The translations under genes and the position numbers were made by a program. The notes below the pieces were generated by a model. That model was not told the origin of the DNA and did no database searches. It was given only the letters and a program-made list of their open reading frames with translations. From NCBI GenBank assembly GCA_026770705.1, contig JANJGN010000024.1:14694001-14758000 (forward strand): a stretch of DNA of 64,000 bases, in the 5' to 3' direction. The stretch is from Isurus oxyrinchus (taxonomy: Eukaryota). This document shows, piece by piece, positions 29,401 to 43,514 of the stretch; position 1 is the first letter of the stretch, and each line of letters starts with the position of its first letter.

Positions 29401-32400
29401 ACAGCAAAACCAGCTGTTGGAAGAGAAAGACAAGTTGCTAGATGTTCACACACATTCTTTCGATCAAGTGTAAGGATGAATAATCTGACTCCACAACTCT
29501 GTGCTAGTGCCACTCTACAACTAGCTGCTGGAATGCACATAAGCATGACTCTTTCCAATTGCCATTTTCCCTACTAAAGGCATCTAGCACCTAGCCTCTG
29601 GCACCNNNNNNNNNNNNNNNNNNNNNNNNNNNNNNNNNNNNNNNNNNNNNNNNNNNNNNNNNNNNNNNNNNNNNNNNNNNNNNNNNNNNNNNNNNNNNNN
29701 NNNNNNNNNNNNNNNNNNNNNNNNNNNNNNNNNNNNNNNNNNNNNNNNNNNNCCTACATGCATGGTGCTATATGCTGACTTTCCAACATGGGGTAGCACC
29801 ATGGGGTTTGATAACTTTTAATATCTGCCTTTTAAGACCCCCACAAGCTAATATTCAGGTAAAATTGACAGCTTTGGCCTGAGTTTACACATCATAATCA
29901 GAGCACAGACAGGACTTAAAAATACTAAGGAGCATGTTTTCCAGGAACCAGAGACAGAGGGAGAGACTGTTGCAATTACAGCAATGCCTCAATTTATGCA
30001 ACTCTTCCTGGGGTATGGTCCCATCAGAGCAGGTAGCCTTCCAGTATCAAGTCATACAATACCTGGTCAATCTTCATATGCGAGCCTTGATAACAAATAT
30101 TCAAGTGCCTGATCCTAAGCTTACTCAATATTCATATCTATGCAATTTCTAACACAGATTAAAGTGTCACAAGTAGGACTGATTGCTGTGATAATAATAG
30201 TATTTAAACATTTCAGAAGAATATCCAGAGATTTTAAAAAATAAAAACATTTCTCTTACCTCTCATAGTGGTTGACTGCAAACACTGGGAATCCATCAAC
30301 AGAATTCTGCTCTGCCTGTGGCTGGTTTTGATTCAGGAAAAATCAACACTTTTTTTCTTAAAGTTTAAAATAAAGCATCAGCAGTAACTATTGCACTAGT
30401 GACGAGCAAGCAATTTATCTGTAAAATGCATTCTAGCAGAGGTATGAAGTTTCTAGATATTCAACTCCAATGGACTTGGTGTATAGGATATAATCCACAA
30501 TACATTCTACTTGACTTTATAAGTGCTCCCTCTGCATTATTTAGATAACAGACTCCCAGCTATAAACTCTCATTCACTTCACCTGCATTGGTAAGATCTC
30601 AGGGCTGGGTAAAGGAGTCACATCCTTCCTGTGTTCCAAGGCTGCTTGAAGCAATGCTAATGCCTTCCACACCTGAGCCATACAAATACAGAGGATGCCC
30701 TCCACTTTAGAATGGGGCTGTAGACAGAAGCTACCTCACCCACCTTGAACCAGGTGACAACATGGAATGCTCGAAATGGAAATCCACAACACTCCCCCTA
30801 CCCTCCTTTAACCCAGGTTGGATGAGCTGTGGGGAACCATGAAAATAGCAGATGAATGGGGAAAAGAGAAACACTTCAAAAACAAATTAAACTTTTCAAT
30901 TTCCAAACATTCCCCTTCATTGTTCCTATATAAAAAGGAGACTAGCATTAAATATGCTAGTCTAGGAAATAATTACATGAATAGAATGACACTATATCAA
31001 ATATTGTGACAAACCATTGTAACCAAAATAAATAAAGTTTGTTTTGTGTTACTGTATTGCAATGGATATATTTACTATGCCCATTTTCTTCTTAACATCC
31101 AAAGCAGAGGATCAGTTTTCTATTATTCCCGACAGCTCACTGGGAAAGAGAGAAAATACACTTGAAAATTTATATATACAGGTAGAGTATTCTTTATCCA
31201 AAACCCTTGGGGCCAATTGCATTTGGGTTTTCAGATACTGCATATAAACTTACATCACAATATCCTAACCCTAGGCTAGCTCTAGTCCAATGTAAATTAA
31301 ATGGCCAGAAAAGTAAGATGTATCACTGAATAATAAATACAGGGTGCCTGTAATAAGTTTAATCACAAAAATCATAAGGTAAACAGGGCAGAAAAACAAT
31401 TAGGCTTCCTGTGTTATAGGTTGATGAAGTTCAAAAAAAAAGTGCAGCTTTTGAATGTGTTCGGTTTTCAGATTTATGGATAAAGGATATTCGACCTGTA
31501 TAAAAAATCATTCACAGTTTAAAATAATCCTCATTTCCCTCTTCCTTTAAGGCACAGAATCATCACTGGAGTGCAATCAGAGAAAGATGTTCAGTTCTCT
31601 TAAAATGCATAGATAGAAAACTCAAAATATACCCAACCTGACTAAAATGCAATTTAGGAGGTTTTCCATCATAATGAGGCACCCCACCACTGAACATCAA
31701 GCCATTGTTTCCAGGACTGTCACTGACCTCATCTCCTCTGGGGATCTCCCTCCCACAGCTTCCAACCTGATAGTCACCCAACCTTGGATGGCCCGCTTCT
31801 ATCTCCTGCCCAAAATCCACAAACAGAACTGCCCCGGTAGACCGATCGTCTCAGCTTGCTCCTGCCCCACAGAACTCATTTCTCGTTATCTTGACTCCCT
31901 GCTCTCTCCCCTTGTCCAGTCCCTTCCCACCTACATCCGTGATTCCTCTGACACCTTACGTCACATTAACAATTTCCAGTTCCCTGGCCCCAGCCGCTTC
32001 CTCTTCACCATGGACGTCCAATCCCTCTACACCTCCATCCCCCACCAGGATGGTCTGAGGGCCCTTAGCTTCTTCCTCGAACAGAGGCCCGAACAATCCC
32101 CATCCACCACTACTCTCCTCCGTCTGGCTGAACTTGTTCTCACGCTGAACAATTTCTCCTTCAACTCCTCTCACTTCCTCCAAATAAAAGGTGTGGCTAT
32201 GGGTACCTGCATGGGCCCCAGCTATGCCTGTCTCTTTATGGGGTATGCAGAACATTCCTTGTTCCAGTCCTACTCCGGCCCCCTTCCACAACTCTTTCTC
32301 CGGTACATCGATGATTACTTCGGTGCTGCTTTATGCTCTCGTCGGGACTTGGAAAAATTTATTAATTTTGCTTCCAATCTCCACCCCTCCATCATTTTCA

Positions 32401-35400
32401 CGTGGTCCATCTCTGACACTTCCCTTCCCTTCCTTGACCTCTGTCTCAATCTCTGGTAATAGACTGTCCACCAATATCCATTACAAACCCACCGACTCCC
32501 ACAGCTATCTCGACTACAGCTCCTCACACCCCGCTTCCTGTAAGGACTCCATCCCATTCTCTCAGTTCCTTCGTCTCCGTCGCATCTGTTCCGATGATGC
32601 TACCTTCAAAAACAGTTCCTCTGACATGTCCTCCTTCTTCCTTAACCGAGGTTTTCCACCCACGGTCGTTGACAGGGCCCTCAACCGTGTCCGGCCCATC
32701 TCCCGCGCATCCGCCCTCACGCCTTCTCCTCCCTCCCAGAAACATGATAGGGTCCCCCTTGTCCTCACTTATCACCCCACCAGCCTCTGCATTCAAAGGA
32801 TCATCCTCCACCATTTCCGCCAACTCCAGCATGATGCCACCACCAAATACATATTCCCTTCACCCCCCCTATCAGCATCCCGTAGGGATTGCTCCCTCCG
32901 GGACACCCTGGTCCACTCCTCCATCACCCCCTACTCCTCAACCCCCTCCTATGGCACCACCCCATGCCCACGCAAAAGATGCAACACCTGCCCCTTCACT
33001 TCCTCTCTCCTCACCGTCCAAGGACCCAAACACTCCTTTCAAGTGAAGCAGCATTTCACTTGCATTTCCCCCAACTTAGTCTACTGCATTCGTTGCTCCC
33101 AATGTGGTCTCCTCTACATTGGAGAGACCAAACGTAAACTGGGCGACCGCTTTGCAGAACACCTCGGTCTGTCCGCAAGAATGACCCAAACCTCCCTGTC
33201 GCTTGCCATTTTAACACTCCACCCTGCTCTCTTGCCCACATGTCTGTCCTTGGCTTGCTGCATTGTTCCAGTGAAGCCCAACGCAAACTGGAGGAACAAC
33301 ACCTCATCTTCCGACAGGCACTTTACAGCCTTCCGGACTGAATATTGAATTCAACAACTTTAGGTCGTGAGCTCCCTACCCCATCCCCACCCCCCACTTT
33401 CTGTTTCCCCCTTCCTTTTTTTTTCCAATAAATTAAAAAAAAATTTAAAAATTTAAAAAATCTTTTATGCTCTCCCCACCCCCACTAGAGCTATACCTTG
33501 AGTGCCCTACCATCCATTAATTAGCACATTCGTTTAGATAATATCACCAACTTTAACACCTATGTGTTCTTTTGTACTATTGTTGTTGACATCTTTTGAT
33601 GATCTGCTTCTATCACTGCTTGTTTGTCCCTACAACCACACCCCCACTCCACTTCTCTCTCTCTCTCCGCCCCCCACACACACACCTTAAACCAGCTTAT
33701 ATTTCAACTCTTTCTTGGACTCAAACTCAAGTTCTGTCGAAGGGTCATGAGGACTCAAAACGTCAACTCTTTCCTTCTCCGCCGATGCTGCCAGACCTGC
33801 TGAGTTTTTCCAGGTAATTCTGTTTTTGTTTTTGTTATGTTGTAGGAATAATCAGTCTGTACTTATTGTATGAGTTCCTCTAGTTTTTAAACTGAGCATC
33901 ATCTTTATTGCCCCCAGTACATTAAATCTCACCAGGGCCACCCATATTTTGCCTTTGAACAAATAGCTGAGGTCCGGGACCAGGTTGGAGGAAAGCAATT
34001 CTGTTCTCAGATTCAGAAGTTTAAAAAAAATTCCTGTGATGTAAACATTTTTGGCATGCACACGTGTATAGAGGGGTTGGAACCACAGAAAGTAGGACAT
34101 AGGGTGAGGCCATTCAGCCCATTGAATTGGAGCCATCACCTGAATCCACTTTTTCTGCTCATTTTTTATAACTTTTTATAGAATGGAGAAAAATAACTTG
34201 GGTTGATATCCCCAACTCAAAACAGGAAAACCAAAATGAGTTAAATGTTCATGCATTACTAGAACCATATTCAGGGGCACTACTGTATATAACAGTTCTA
34301 CTTTTCAAAAAAAACTCAACTCTATGATCCTGTTCTATGAAAATTAAAACAATTGCTATAGATAAGAGATTTCTAGGTTTGGGTTGGTTTAGTTTGAATT
34401 TAGTGAAAAACACAGCATCGCTTAAGATTTTTGAATCCTTTTCTTTCCTCTCTGTAGGCCCCACTCTGCTAACTCACCAAAGTAGCCAAGCTCTGTGAGT
34501 CTTAACAGGCAATGTTGGCAGGCCATTGGTGAAACTAACTGAAGTCAAGTCAAGCCCAACCCCAGCTTTATGCAATATCTACACAGACACTTTTTGGGGC
34601 GACAGGGGAAGGGGAAGGAGCACTGGATTGTGATTGACACAAAGAATCTTAGTTTTCTGACTTTCCATTCTAGGCCAATTGCAGCCACCCTAATGTTGGC
34701 CTCACTGAGATTAGCTAAAACAAATTAGGGATCAAAATCTGGGGCCTTTTTTTTTTACAGCTTGGCTATATGCTGCCTTAACCCAGCAAACTATCAAGGT
34801 AGCCCCATTTAATGCTTTTAGAATCATTGTGCAATACATAGATCAGTAGGTGTAAAATACAACAGTTGCCATGGATACTGTTCAGGCTCATCCAGGTAAA
34901 ACCAACCTCAAAGGCAGCCTGCACAACCTCCTGTCTTCTCCGTTCCACTTCTCGAATATATTCTGCTTCCTACAGAGGATCGACCAAATGACAAATTAAA
35001 AATAATCAGTCATATAATAATCACTGGAGTGAAAAAGTCGAAAGACAATGGAATTTATTAAACAAAAGTAGGTGGGGGGGTGGGCAGGGGGAGAGAATCA
35101 CAAGCCTGCCTTTACACAGAGACGATATATTATTGATAACAAATACACTAATGGGTTGGTATTAAATTCCACTACAGTATCTGAATTCAATTATAAGCAT
35201 TCAAAAAGATGAGTAGGTTAACTCCTTTGTTAAAATAGCAAACAAAAGGATTCCAACTTATATTGTTAACAAAGATGCTAATGTATCAATATGATTGCAA
35301 TCAGAGTGTCTTAAATCATTCAAAAATACCAAGCTTCTTTGAATCAATAACAAAGACCATCCTTTGCAAATTTTCAACACCAGGAGAGCACAAGATGCAT

Positions 35401-37917
35401 TTTCTGACCAGCATTGTTCCCACGGATACATAATTGGATTAACACCAGTGTTACAAAAAGCAGAGCACTTTAGTACTATAAGGTATACCTCTATATTCTC
35501 AGTAGTCACTGTGGTTTTGTTTCCATTAGATTTTTCAGTAATAAACAGGACATGCTCCATAATTTTCACAACAGAAATGTAAATTTAGAGGGCTTACAGT
35601 ATACCTGAATCTAATTATTTAAATGGTTGAAAAAGTGAGACTTTGCTCGACCTATTACAATTATCAACCTTCTTTTATTCAAACTAAAATTTTATTCTGA
35701 CCGAGTCCTCTCTCATTTTGTCCCCACGCACCCCCGGTAACTGAGTGTGGACAGCCAATCCGCTTCTAATCCTCGACCCATTCACGTTAATAGCAGTTGC
35801 ATGGACAAGCCTGGTGATGTTTCTGCCAATCCTTTCAGATTGCGTTTTGGAGACCTTTAGCCTCTACTCAGCAGCACACCAGACAGTACAACAACATAGC
35901 TGAGATGCAGCAAGTCACTGGAAAAAGACAGACTTGCACATTTCACAACACCTTTCACAACCTCAGGACATCCCAAAGTACTTTTCAGCCAATGAAGTAA
36001 TTTTGAAGTAATGTAGGAAATGCAGCAGCCAATTTGCAAGTTCCCACAAAATGACGAAATAACCAGATAATTTTTTTCCGGTGGTTTTTGATTGGGGGAA
36101 CAAAATTAGGGAAAACGCTTCTGCTCTTTAAAATTTCTCCATTTCTTTGAAATAGTGCCATGGGATCTTTTATGACCACCTGAGGGAGCAGCCAATGCCT
36201 TTGCTTAACACCTCATCTGAAAGACAGCACAGCTGACAGAGCAGCACACACTCAATACTGCACTGAGTGTCGGGATAGAATTTGTGATGAAGTCCTTTGA
36301 GTAGGACTTGAACTCAACCTACTGACTCAGGCGAGAATGCTACCCACAACTGACACCTTAATAATAACACTACATAGAACTGGATTCATTTACACCAAAT
36401 TAATACATACACACCTGTTTAATATATTCATCCTCCTTCTCTTCATAGTTTTCCACTGCCTTTGCGACAGCTTCTTTGAACCTTAAGAAAATACACAGTG
36501 GAAGAGAATTCTGAAAAACAATGCTAGATTTTAATGATTTCAAAGTGCATTTTTCTTCTCTCATAATTGGCCTCCAATAGGCAAGTCTCCAATTAAGGAA
36601 GCAGGTAGGGCCCCCTAAACTCTATCAAAAGTGCGTGCATATCACTCTGCAACATAGTAAAGAACAACAAATGGGAAAAAAAATCATAGAAAAACAGTTG
36701 CCAGCTCATGCAGCCAGTGTGGATTTGCAGTAAGACCTCAAATAGGAGTTGGCCGAGGTCCTGGATGAAGCTAATGCCACTGTCTAGAGAAGGTTGTTAC
36801 CTTTCGTTCACAGTTGTCTCATGGGTCTTGTCTGACCGCCACTGGAGGCTTGGAATGGAATTTTCCCCAGTTTTCCCTTTTATCCCCAAATTAATCTCAT
36901 TTTCTCTAAATAAAAATGTTTTTTGCCTCTTTGAGGGAGTTGACATGGCTGATGGTGAGTAGGCCCTTTCCCGTCTGTCATTTTCGTACATTAATTGTTG
37001 AACAGTGTTGAACATTAGTACAGGGCTATATTTCAAAACAAGTCCCTAATCTCCCCCCGCCTTTTTAATATAAACTCTCAGGAGTTTTGAAGAATGAGAG
37101 GTGTTCTCATCAAAACATTAAAAGGCTTGAGAAGGTACACACAGAGGTTTTCTCCGCTGGCTCAAGACCCTAGAACTCAGAAGCAGAATCTCTGGATAGG
37201 GGGCTGGACATTTAGGACAGAGATGAGGAGAAATTTCTTCATTCAGAGTTGTAGATACTCAATAGTTGAGCGTTTTCAAGGCTGAGATTGATAAACCTTT
37301 TGGAATCAGAGATTAAGGGGAGCAGACAGGAAAGGGGAGTTGAGGTTGAAGATTAACCATGATTGTACTGAATGGCCTTTCCTCTCATTTCTAAAGTTAT
37401 CAAGATCAATTTTTGATAATACAGCATTGATTGTAGTCAAAATCCACCACTTACTTCTCATAAGCATCGCCAGACAGCAGAAACTTGTCTTTCAATTTAA
37501 CGTCTGCTTTGTTTTCCCACCAGAAAATGTTGGTTTGCTTCAGGTGTTCTGAACTGCACAAGAAAGTCAAGAAGTTAGCACTTAAAGGGCAATCATATCA
37601 GTTGAGATGACTAGTGCTTCCTATTTTATTGCAAATCAGAGCAACGAGTGTAACCTAGTTGCCAGTCATGGCCACTGAAATTTTCTCTCATTGTAGCAGG
37701 GAATTCTTTATTCTACAATGGATTGAAGTGGGGAAGAGGCAATTCAGTACCTCTCAAAGTGTTCCAGCAGCCCTCCATACAGCACAGCGAGGCTCTCGTT
37801 CGTGATGTGTTTCTTCACATCCCTCTTGCAGCAGTAGCACCAGAAGTTCTGCTCGTGCTCAGTGAAGTCATATTTCTCCACTTTCACTTCTTTAAGAAAC
37901 GGCTGAGCATCTTCTGC
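23414..37917 (-). CDS. CENATAC: Centrosomal AT-AC splicing factor (CCDC84), exons 2-12: 37917-37751, 37553-37455, 36481-36415, 34969-34907, 30321-30260, 30148-30125, 28263-28170, 27340-27301, 26225-26136, 23931-23799, 23465-23414
   Basis: [106 protein letters not shown]. All phases are compatible with GT-AG introns. Exon 1 was not found. Confidence 0.93.
29606..29752. other. Assembly gap
   Basis: Run of N. Confidence 1.
31179..31498. mobile_element. Tc1/mariner-pogo (Tigger-like) MITE
   Basis: Imperfect TIRs caggtagagtattctttatcca / tggataaaggatattcgacctg, flanked by TA. Confidence 0.7.
31681..33835 (+). mobile_element. 5'-truncated Penelope-like element in CENATAC intron 5 (antisense to the host gene)
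   Basis: RT and GIY-YIG ORF pieces with small frameshifts; terminal repeat at 33725-33835. Confidence 0.9.
35925..36360 (-). mobile_element. Abundant tRNA-derived SINE (Deu-domain/SacSINE-like family)
   Basis: gacttgca...cagccaatgaagta...gcagcagccaatttgc...aatagtgccatgggatctttta; homologous copies near 40460, 42650, 43770, 45620, 54080 and 55775. Family name is an inference. Confidence 0.65.
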
Positions 37918-38219
37918 CTGGGGATTAACAGCAACCACTTTTAGAGAAACCATCGTTGCTTTGGTGAACTTCTCTACATTGTACTCATCAAATTTACTTT
38001 TACAAAAACAAGATGGAATCTTTTGAAAGCCTGTCAAATACTTTCCTGCCAAGTTCTTAATTTAATTGCAATTCTTTTTGTTGAAAACTTGCAAGACAAG
38101 TATCTCTCTGTCTCACTAAACATCTCCAATAATCAGCATGGAAAATGTTAAATGTTTTCACAAAAACAGCAAGAATGGTGGTGAATGATAATGGAAGAGT
38201 GAGGGAAATTCCAATCAAA

Positions 38220-39467
38220 CATAGAAAATAGGAGCAGGAGTAGGCCATTTGGCCCTTCGAGCCTGCTCCGTCATTCATGATCAGGGTTGTTCATCCAACT
38301 CAATAGCCTGCTCCCACTTTCTCCCCATATCCTTTGATCCATTTTGCTCCAAAAGCAATATCTAACTCCTTCTTGAAAACATACATTGTTTTGGCCCAAA
38401 CTACTTTCTGTGGTAGCGAATTCCACAGGCTGACCACTCTGTGTGAAGAAATTTCTCTTCATCTCAGTCCTAAATGGTCTACCCCGCATCTTCAGACTGT
38501 GACCCCTGGTTCTGGACTCACCCACTATTGGGAACATTTTTCCTGCATCTGCCCTGTCTAGTCCTGTTAGAATTTTATAGGTTTCTATGAGATGCCCCCA
38601 TATTCTTCTAAACTCCAGTGAATATAATCCAAACCAACTCAATCTCTCTTCATATGTCAGTCCCATTATCCCAGGAATCAGTCAAGTAAATCTTCGCTGC
38701 ACTCCCTCTATAGCAAGAACATCCTTCCTCAGATAAGGAGACCAAAACTGCACACAAAATCCTAGGTGTGGTCTCCTCAAGGCCCTGTATAATTGCAGCA
38801 AGACATCCCTGCTCCTGTACTCGAATCCTCTCGCTATGAAGGCCAACATACCATTTGCTTTCTTTACTGCCTGCTGCAACTGCATGCTTACCTTCAGCGA
38901 TTGGTTGCACATTCCCTTCTCTCAATTTATAGCCATTCAGATAATAATCTGCCTTCCTGTTTTTGCTACCAAAACACTTATCCACATTATACTGCATCTG
39001 CCATGCATTTGCCTACTCACTCCCTTGTCCAAATCACACTGAAGCATCTCTCCATCCTCCTCACAGCTCACCCTCATCCCCAGCACACCCTCCAACCCAG
39101 CTTTGAGTCATTTGCAAATTTGGAGATATTACATTTAGTTCCCTCATCTAAATCACTAATATATATTGTGAATAGCTGGGGTCCCAGCCCCGATCTCTGC
39201 GGTACATCACCCGGTACTGGCTGCCTTTCGGAAAAAGACCCATTTATTCCTACTCTGATTCCTGTCTGCCAATCGGTTTTCTATCCTCCTCAATACACTA
39301 TCCCTAATTTCATGCACTTTAATTTTACACGCTAATCTCTTATGTGGGACTTTGTCGAAAACCTTCTGAAAGTCCAAATAAATCACACCCATTGGCTTCC
39401 CCTCATCAACTCTACTAGTAACATCATCAAAAAATTCCAGTAGATTTGTCAAGCGTGACTTCCTTGC
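38220..39467 (-). mobile_element. Decayed CR1 LINE
   Basis: [48 protein letters not shown]. Confidence 0.88.
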
Positions 39468-40273
39468 TAAAAACAAAAAACTGCGGATGCTGGAAATCCA
39501 AAACAAAAATAAAAATACCTGGAAAAACTCAGGTCTGGCAGCATCTGCAGAGAGGAACACAGTTAACGTTTCGAGTCCGAATGACCCTTCAACAGAACTA
39601 AGTAAAAATAGAAAAGAGGTGAAATATAAGCTGGTTTAAGGGGGGGGGGGGGGGAAGAAGAGCTGGATAGGGGGCCAGTGATAGGTGGAGATAGCTAAAA
39701 GATGTCATAGACAAAAGGACAAAGAGGTGTTGAAGGTGGTGATATTATCTGAGGAATGTGCTAATTAAGGATAAAAAGCAGGACAAGCAAGGTACAGATA
39801 GCCCTAGTCGGGGTGGGTGAAGAGAAGGGATCGAAATAGGCTAAAAGGTAGAGTGTTAAAACAATGGATGGAAATACATTTAAAAATAATGGAAATAGGT
39901 GGGAAAAGAAAAATCTATATAAATTATTGAGAAAAAAGGGGGAAATCAGAAAGGGGGTGGGGATGGAGGAGAGTTCATGATCTAAAATTGTTGAACTCAA
40001 TATTCAGTCCGGAAAGCTGTAAAGTGCCTAGTCGGAAGATGAGGTGCTGTTCCTCCAGTTTGCGTTGAGCTTCACTGGAACAATGCAGCAGGCCAAGGAC
40101 GTACATGCAGGTATGAGATCAGGGTGGAATGTTGAAATGGCAAGTGACAAGGAGGTCTGGGTCAAGCTTGCTGACAGACCAAAGGTGTTCTGCAAAGCGG
40201 TCACCCAGTCTGCGTTTGGTGTCTTCAGTGTAGAGGAAACCACATTGGGAGCAACGAATGCAGTAGACTAAAT
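39468..40273 (-). mobile_element. 3' part of a Penelope-like element, cut by the gap
   Basis: GIY-YIG fragment [10 protein letters not shown], 3' UTR and terminal repeat. Confidence 0.88.
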
Positions 40274-40373
40274 NNNNNNNNNNNNNNNNNNNNNNNNNNN
40301 NNNNNNNNNNNNNNNNNNNNNNNNNNNNNNNNNNNNNNNNNNNNNNNNNNNNNNNNNNNNNNNNNNNNNNNNN
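40274..40373. other. Assembly gap (100 N)
   Basis: Run of N. Confidence 1.
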
Positions 40374-41958
40374 TTTCCTTCTCAAGGGCAGTTATGGATG
40401 TGCAGTACATGCTGGTTTAGCCAGCAACACCCATATACTGTGGAATTTTTTTTTAAAAGCGCAGCAACCAATTTGTTCGCAGCAAGCCCCCCGCAAGCAG
40501 CAATGTGATAATGACCACACTGATAATTTTCCATGATGTTGATTAAGGGATAAATATTGGCCAGGATACTGGGGATAACCCCCTGCTCTTCTTCAAAATT
40601 ATGACATGGGCTCTTTTACATCCACAGAAGAGGGAGGACAGGGCCTCAATTTAACACTTCATCCAAAAGGCTACACCTCCAACAGTGCAGCACTCTCTCA
40701 GTGCTGCATCAGCCTTGATTTTTATACACAAGTGCTTATGTCAGGCTTAGAACCCACAAACGTCTAACCCAGAGAGGAGTGAGCTACCAACTGAGCCGCA
40801 GCTCACTTTAAAAGCTGACCTCAACTCAATAGTGCAACAACAGCCATCATTTGCACTTATATAGCATTTAATGCAGCAAAATGCCCCAAGATGCTTCACA
40901 GGAATGAAATCAAACATGATACCAAGCTAAAGAAAGGAGTCATCAGACCAGGTGACTAAAAGTTTGGCCAAAGAGGTAGGTTTTATAGGTGTTTTAAAGG
41001 ATTAGGGAGAGAAGCAGAGCAGTCTAGGAAGAGAATTCCAGACTTTAGGATCTAGGTGGCTGAAGGCACAGTTGCCAATGTCAGAATGAAGGAACCGGAG
41101 GTTGCACAAGAGTTAGAAGAATGTAGAGTTTTCACAGGGTCACAGGGCTGGAGAAGGTTTCAGAGATGGTTTGAATGGCCTCTTTCTGTGCCATATCAAT
41201 CTACCATTCAATGAAATCAGGATGGGTAAGGCTATTGAGGGAGTTAAACATGGGAGAATGTTTTATAATTTGTTGGACTGGGAGTCAATGTTAGTCGATG
41301 AGCACACGGGTACAGAAATAAACAGCAAATGTTGTTAGAATAGATGTTGAATATAAAGTTGGCATAGAACCATAGCATCTTACAGCACAGGGGGAGACCA
41401 TTCGGCCCATCATACTTGTGTCAGTTCTTTGAAAGAATTAGTCCCAATTCAAAAAGGAGAACGTCTGGGATCACAAAGTTCTCTTGCATGTGAAGACAAT
41501 GTGGGAAAAGAAACCACTCCCACAAGCTTCCTATTTTCCCACTAATTAGCATGTGAATTAGGAAGTTCATTATTGTGTTAGCCTGTCATTTCATCAGAAC
41601 TCAATGATGCTAAATTTCCTCTTTCAAGGAATCACACACCCCGTGAGATATATTTTGTCCTTGTACCATTTAAAGTAGTCTCCAACTGGAGGGGTAAGCA
41701 GAACTCAAAACCCTTCTGCAAGGAGAAGAGCAGGGGGTGAAGGGCGGGCAACGTGACAAATAACACAGTAATTTCAGTCCATAGACCATAATTAAATCTG
41801 GGCAGTAAATTTCTAAATGTCACACAAAAGCATACAGGTTGTTTCTTTGAAAAGAAACACACGAGGGTTTGCAGCACATTTGGCCTCTCGGATTTCGAAG
41901 GTGCAATGTCCCTTTTAATTATTTTTCCCATCTCAACGCTCGCGATAGCTTTAGTTCT

Positions 41959-41961
41959 GGT

Positions 41962-41986
<25 letters not shown>
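41959..41986. repeat. (GT)n microsatellite
   Basis: Direct observation. Confidence 0.9.
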
Positions 41987-41992
<6 letters not shown>

Positions 41993-42067
41993 GAGGAGGG
42001 GGAAGGCTCTTTAGTAGGATCGGAAGAGGAGAGACAGAGGCGTCGGTGGGTGAAATCGGAGCGACAT

Positions 42068-43482
42068 ATGGTGAGGGAGCAGTGAGTTTGCTTCAGTTTT
42101 AAAGCCCCGCTTAGTGGCGAAGTCTCTGCCTAGTTGGGGGGCTACATTGTAGCGAGCGAAGGAGCACGGATGAAATTGTTTCCTCTTCCCAGCGTGCGAA
42201 ACACTCTGCCCACATACAATCCATTACCTTTCCCCCACTTGTTTCCTCTCCCCTTGTACCATTTCAAACTGATCTTAGATGGCAGGTTACAATTTTGGGA
42301 GGTTTGGATCTTCTCCTCCGCCCCCCCCCCCAAAAAAAAAAACTTAAGCCCATACTAAAAGTGTAGCAATGTAGCTTTAAGCATGTAACCATCTGAAAGC
42401 CATTAGGTTTCTTTTCTGGCGGGGGGGCGAGTGGCGAGGGGTGGGTGGGGGGGTGGGTAGAATGGTGAGTTCTGACTGAGCACAGTTTAAATTCCGGGGA
42501 ATTCTTCTCTCCATGTGTCTGTTAAACATTGGTCTCAGTCTGCATATGGGATTGTTTTGGGGCATGACCTGAGTTACTTTGGAACTCTGCCCCTAGCACT
42601 GCCTGTCACTCGACTAATGTTGTGGAGGGGTATCCAACAGAGAAAAAAAAAGGACTTGCATTTATATTGCGCTTTTCACGACCATGCGTATGGTAAAGTG
42701 CTTTACAGCCAATGAAGTACTTTTGACCTGTTGTAGGATGTGCAGCATACAGCTTGCACACAGCAAGCTCCCACAAACAGCAATGTGATAATGACCAGAT
42801 GAACTGTTTTTGTGATGTTGATTAAAGGATAAATATTGGCCAGGACACTGGGGAGATGCCCCATGTTCTTTTTCAAAATAGTGCTATGGAATCTTTTACT
42901 TGGGTCTGGAGTGGGGGTGGGGGTGGGGGTGGAATATAAAGAAGAGAGAGTGGTGTAATGATAATGCCACTGAACTGGTAATCCAGAGTCCAGACTAATG
43001 CTTAAAAATTCATAACCCACCATAGCAGCTGGTGGAATTTAAAATTAATTAATAAATATGGAATATAAAGCTATTCTCAATGATGGTGACCATGACAACT
43101 ATCTTTGATTGTTGTAAAAACCCATCTGGCTCACTAAAGCCTAACAATCTTCCATCCTTAACTGATCTGGCCTAACTGTGACTCCAGGCTCAGCACAATG
43201 TGGTTGACTCTCAAAGTGCCCTCTGAAATGGCCTAACAAGCCACTTAATTCAAGGGCAATATGGGATGGGCAACAAATGCTGGCCTTGCTAGTGACGCCC
43301 ACATCCTATGAAAGAACATAGAGAAAAAAAATCCACCTGAGAGGGCCTTGGTTCAACATCTCATTTGAAAGACAGCACCTCTGACAGTGCAGCAGATTTC
43401 AGATGAATGGTTCCATAGCACTATTATCTGTACCCCCAACATCTTTTACCCCTTACCTCACCACCCCCTGCTTCCGCACCCT

Positions 43483-43514
<32 letters not shown>

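Noticed and set aside
35690-35860. CpG-retaining patch in CENATAC intron 4 as a snoRNA or conserved element
   Set aside because: No convincing C/D or H/ACA boxes by eye; a homology search would be needed.
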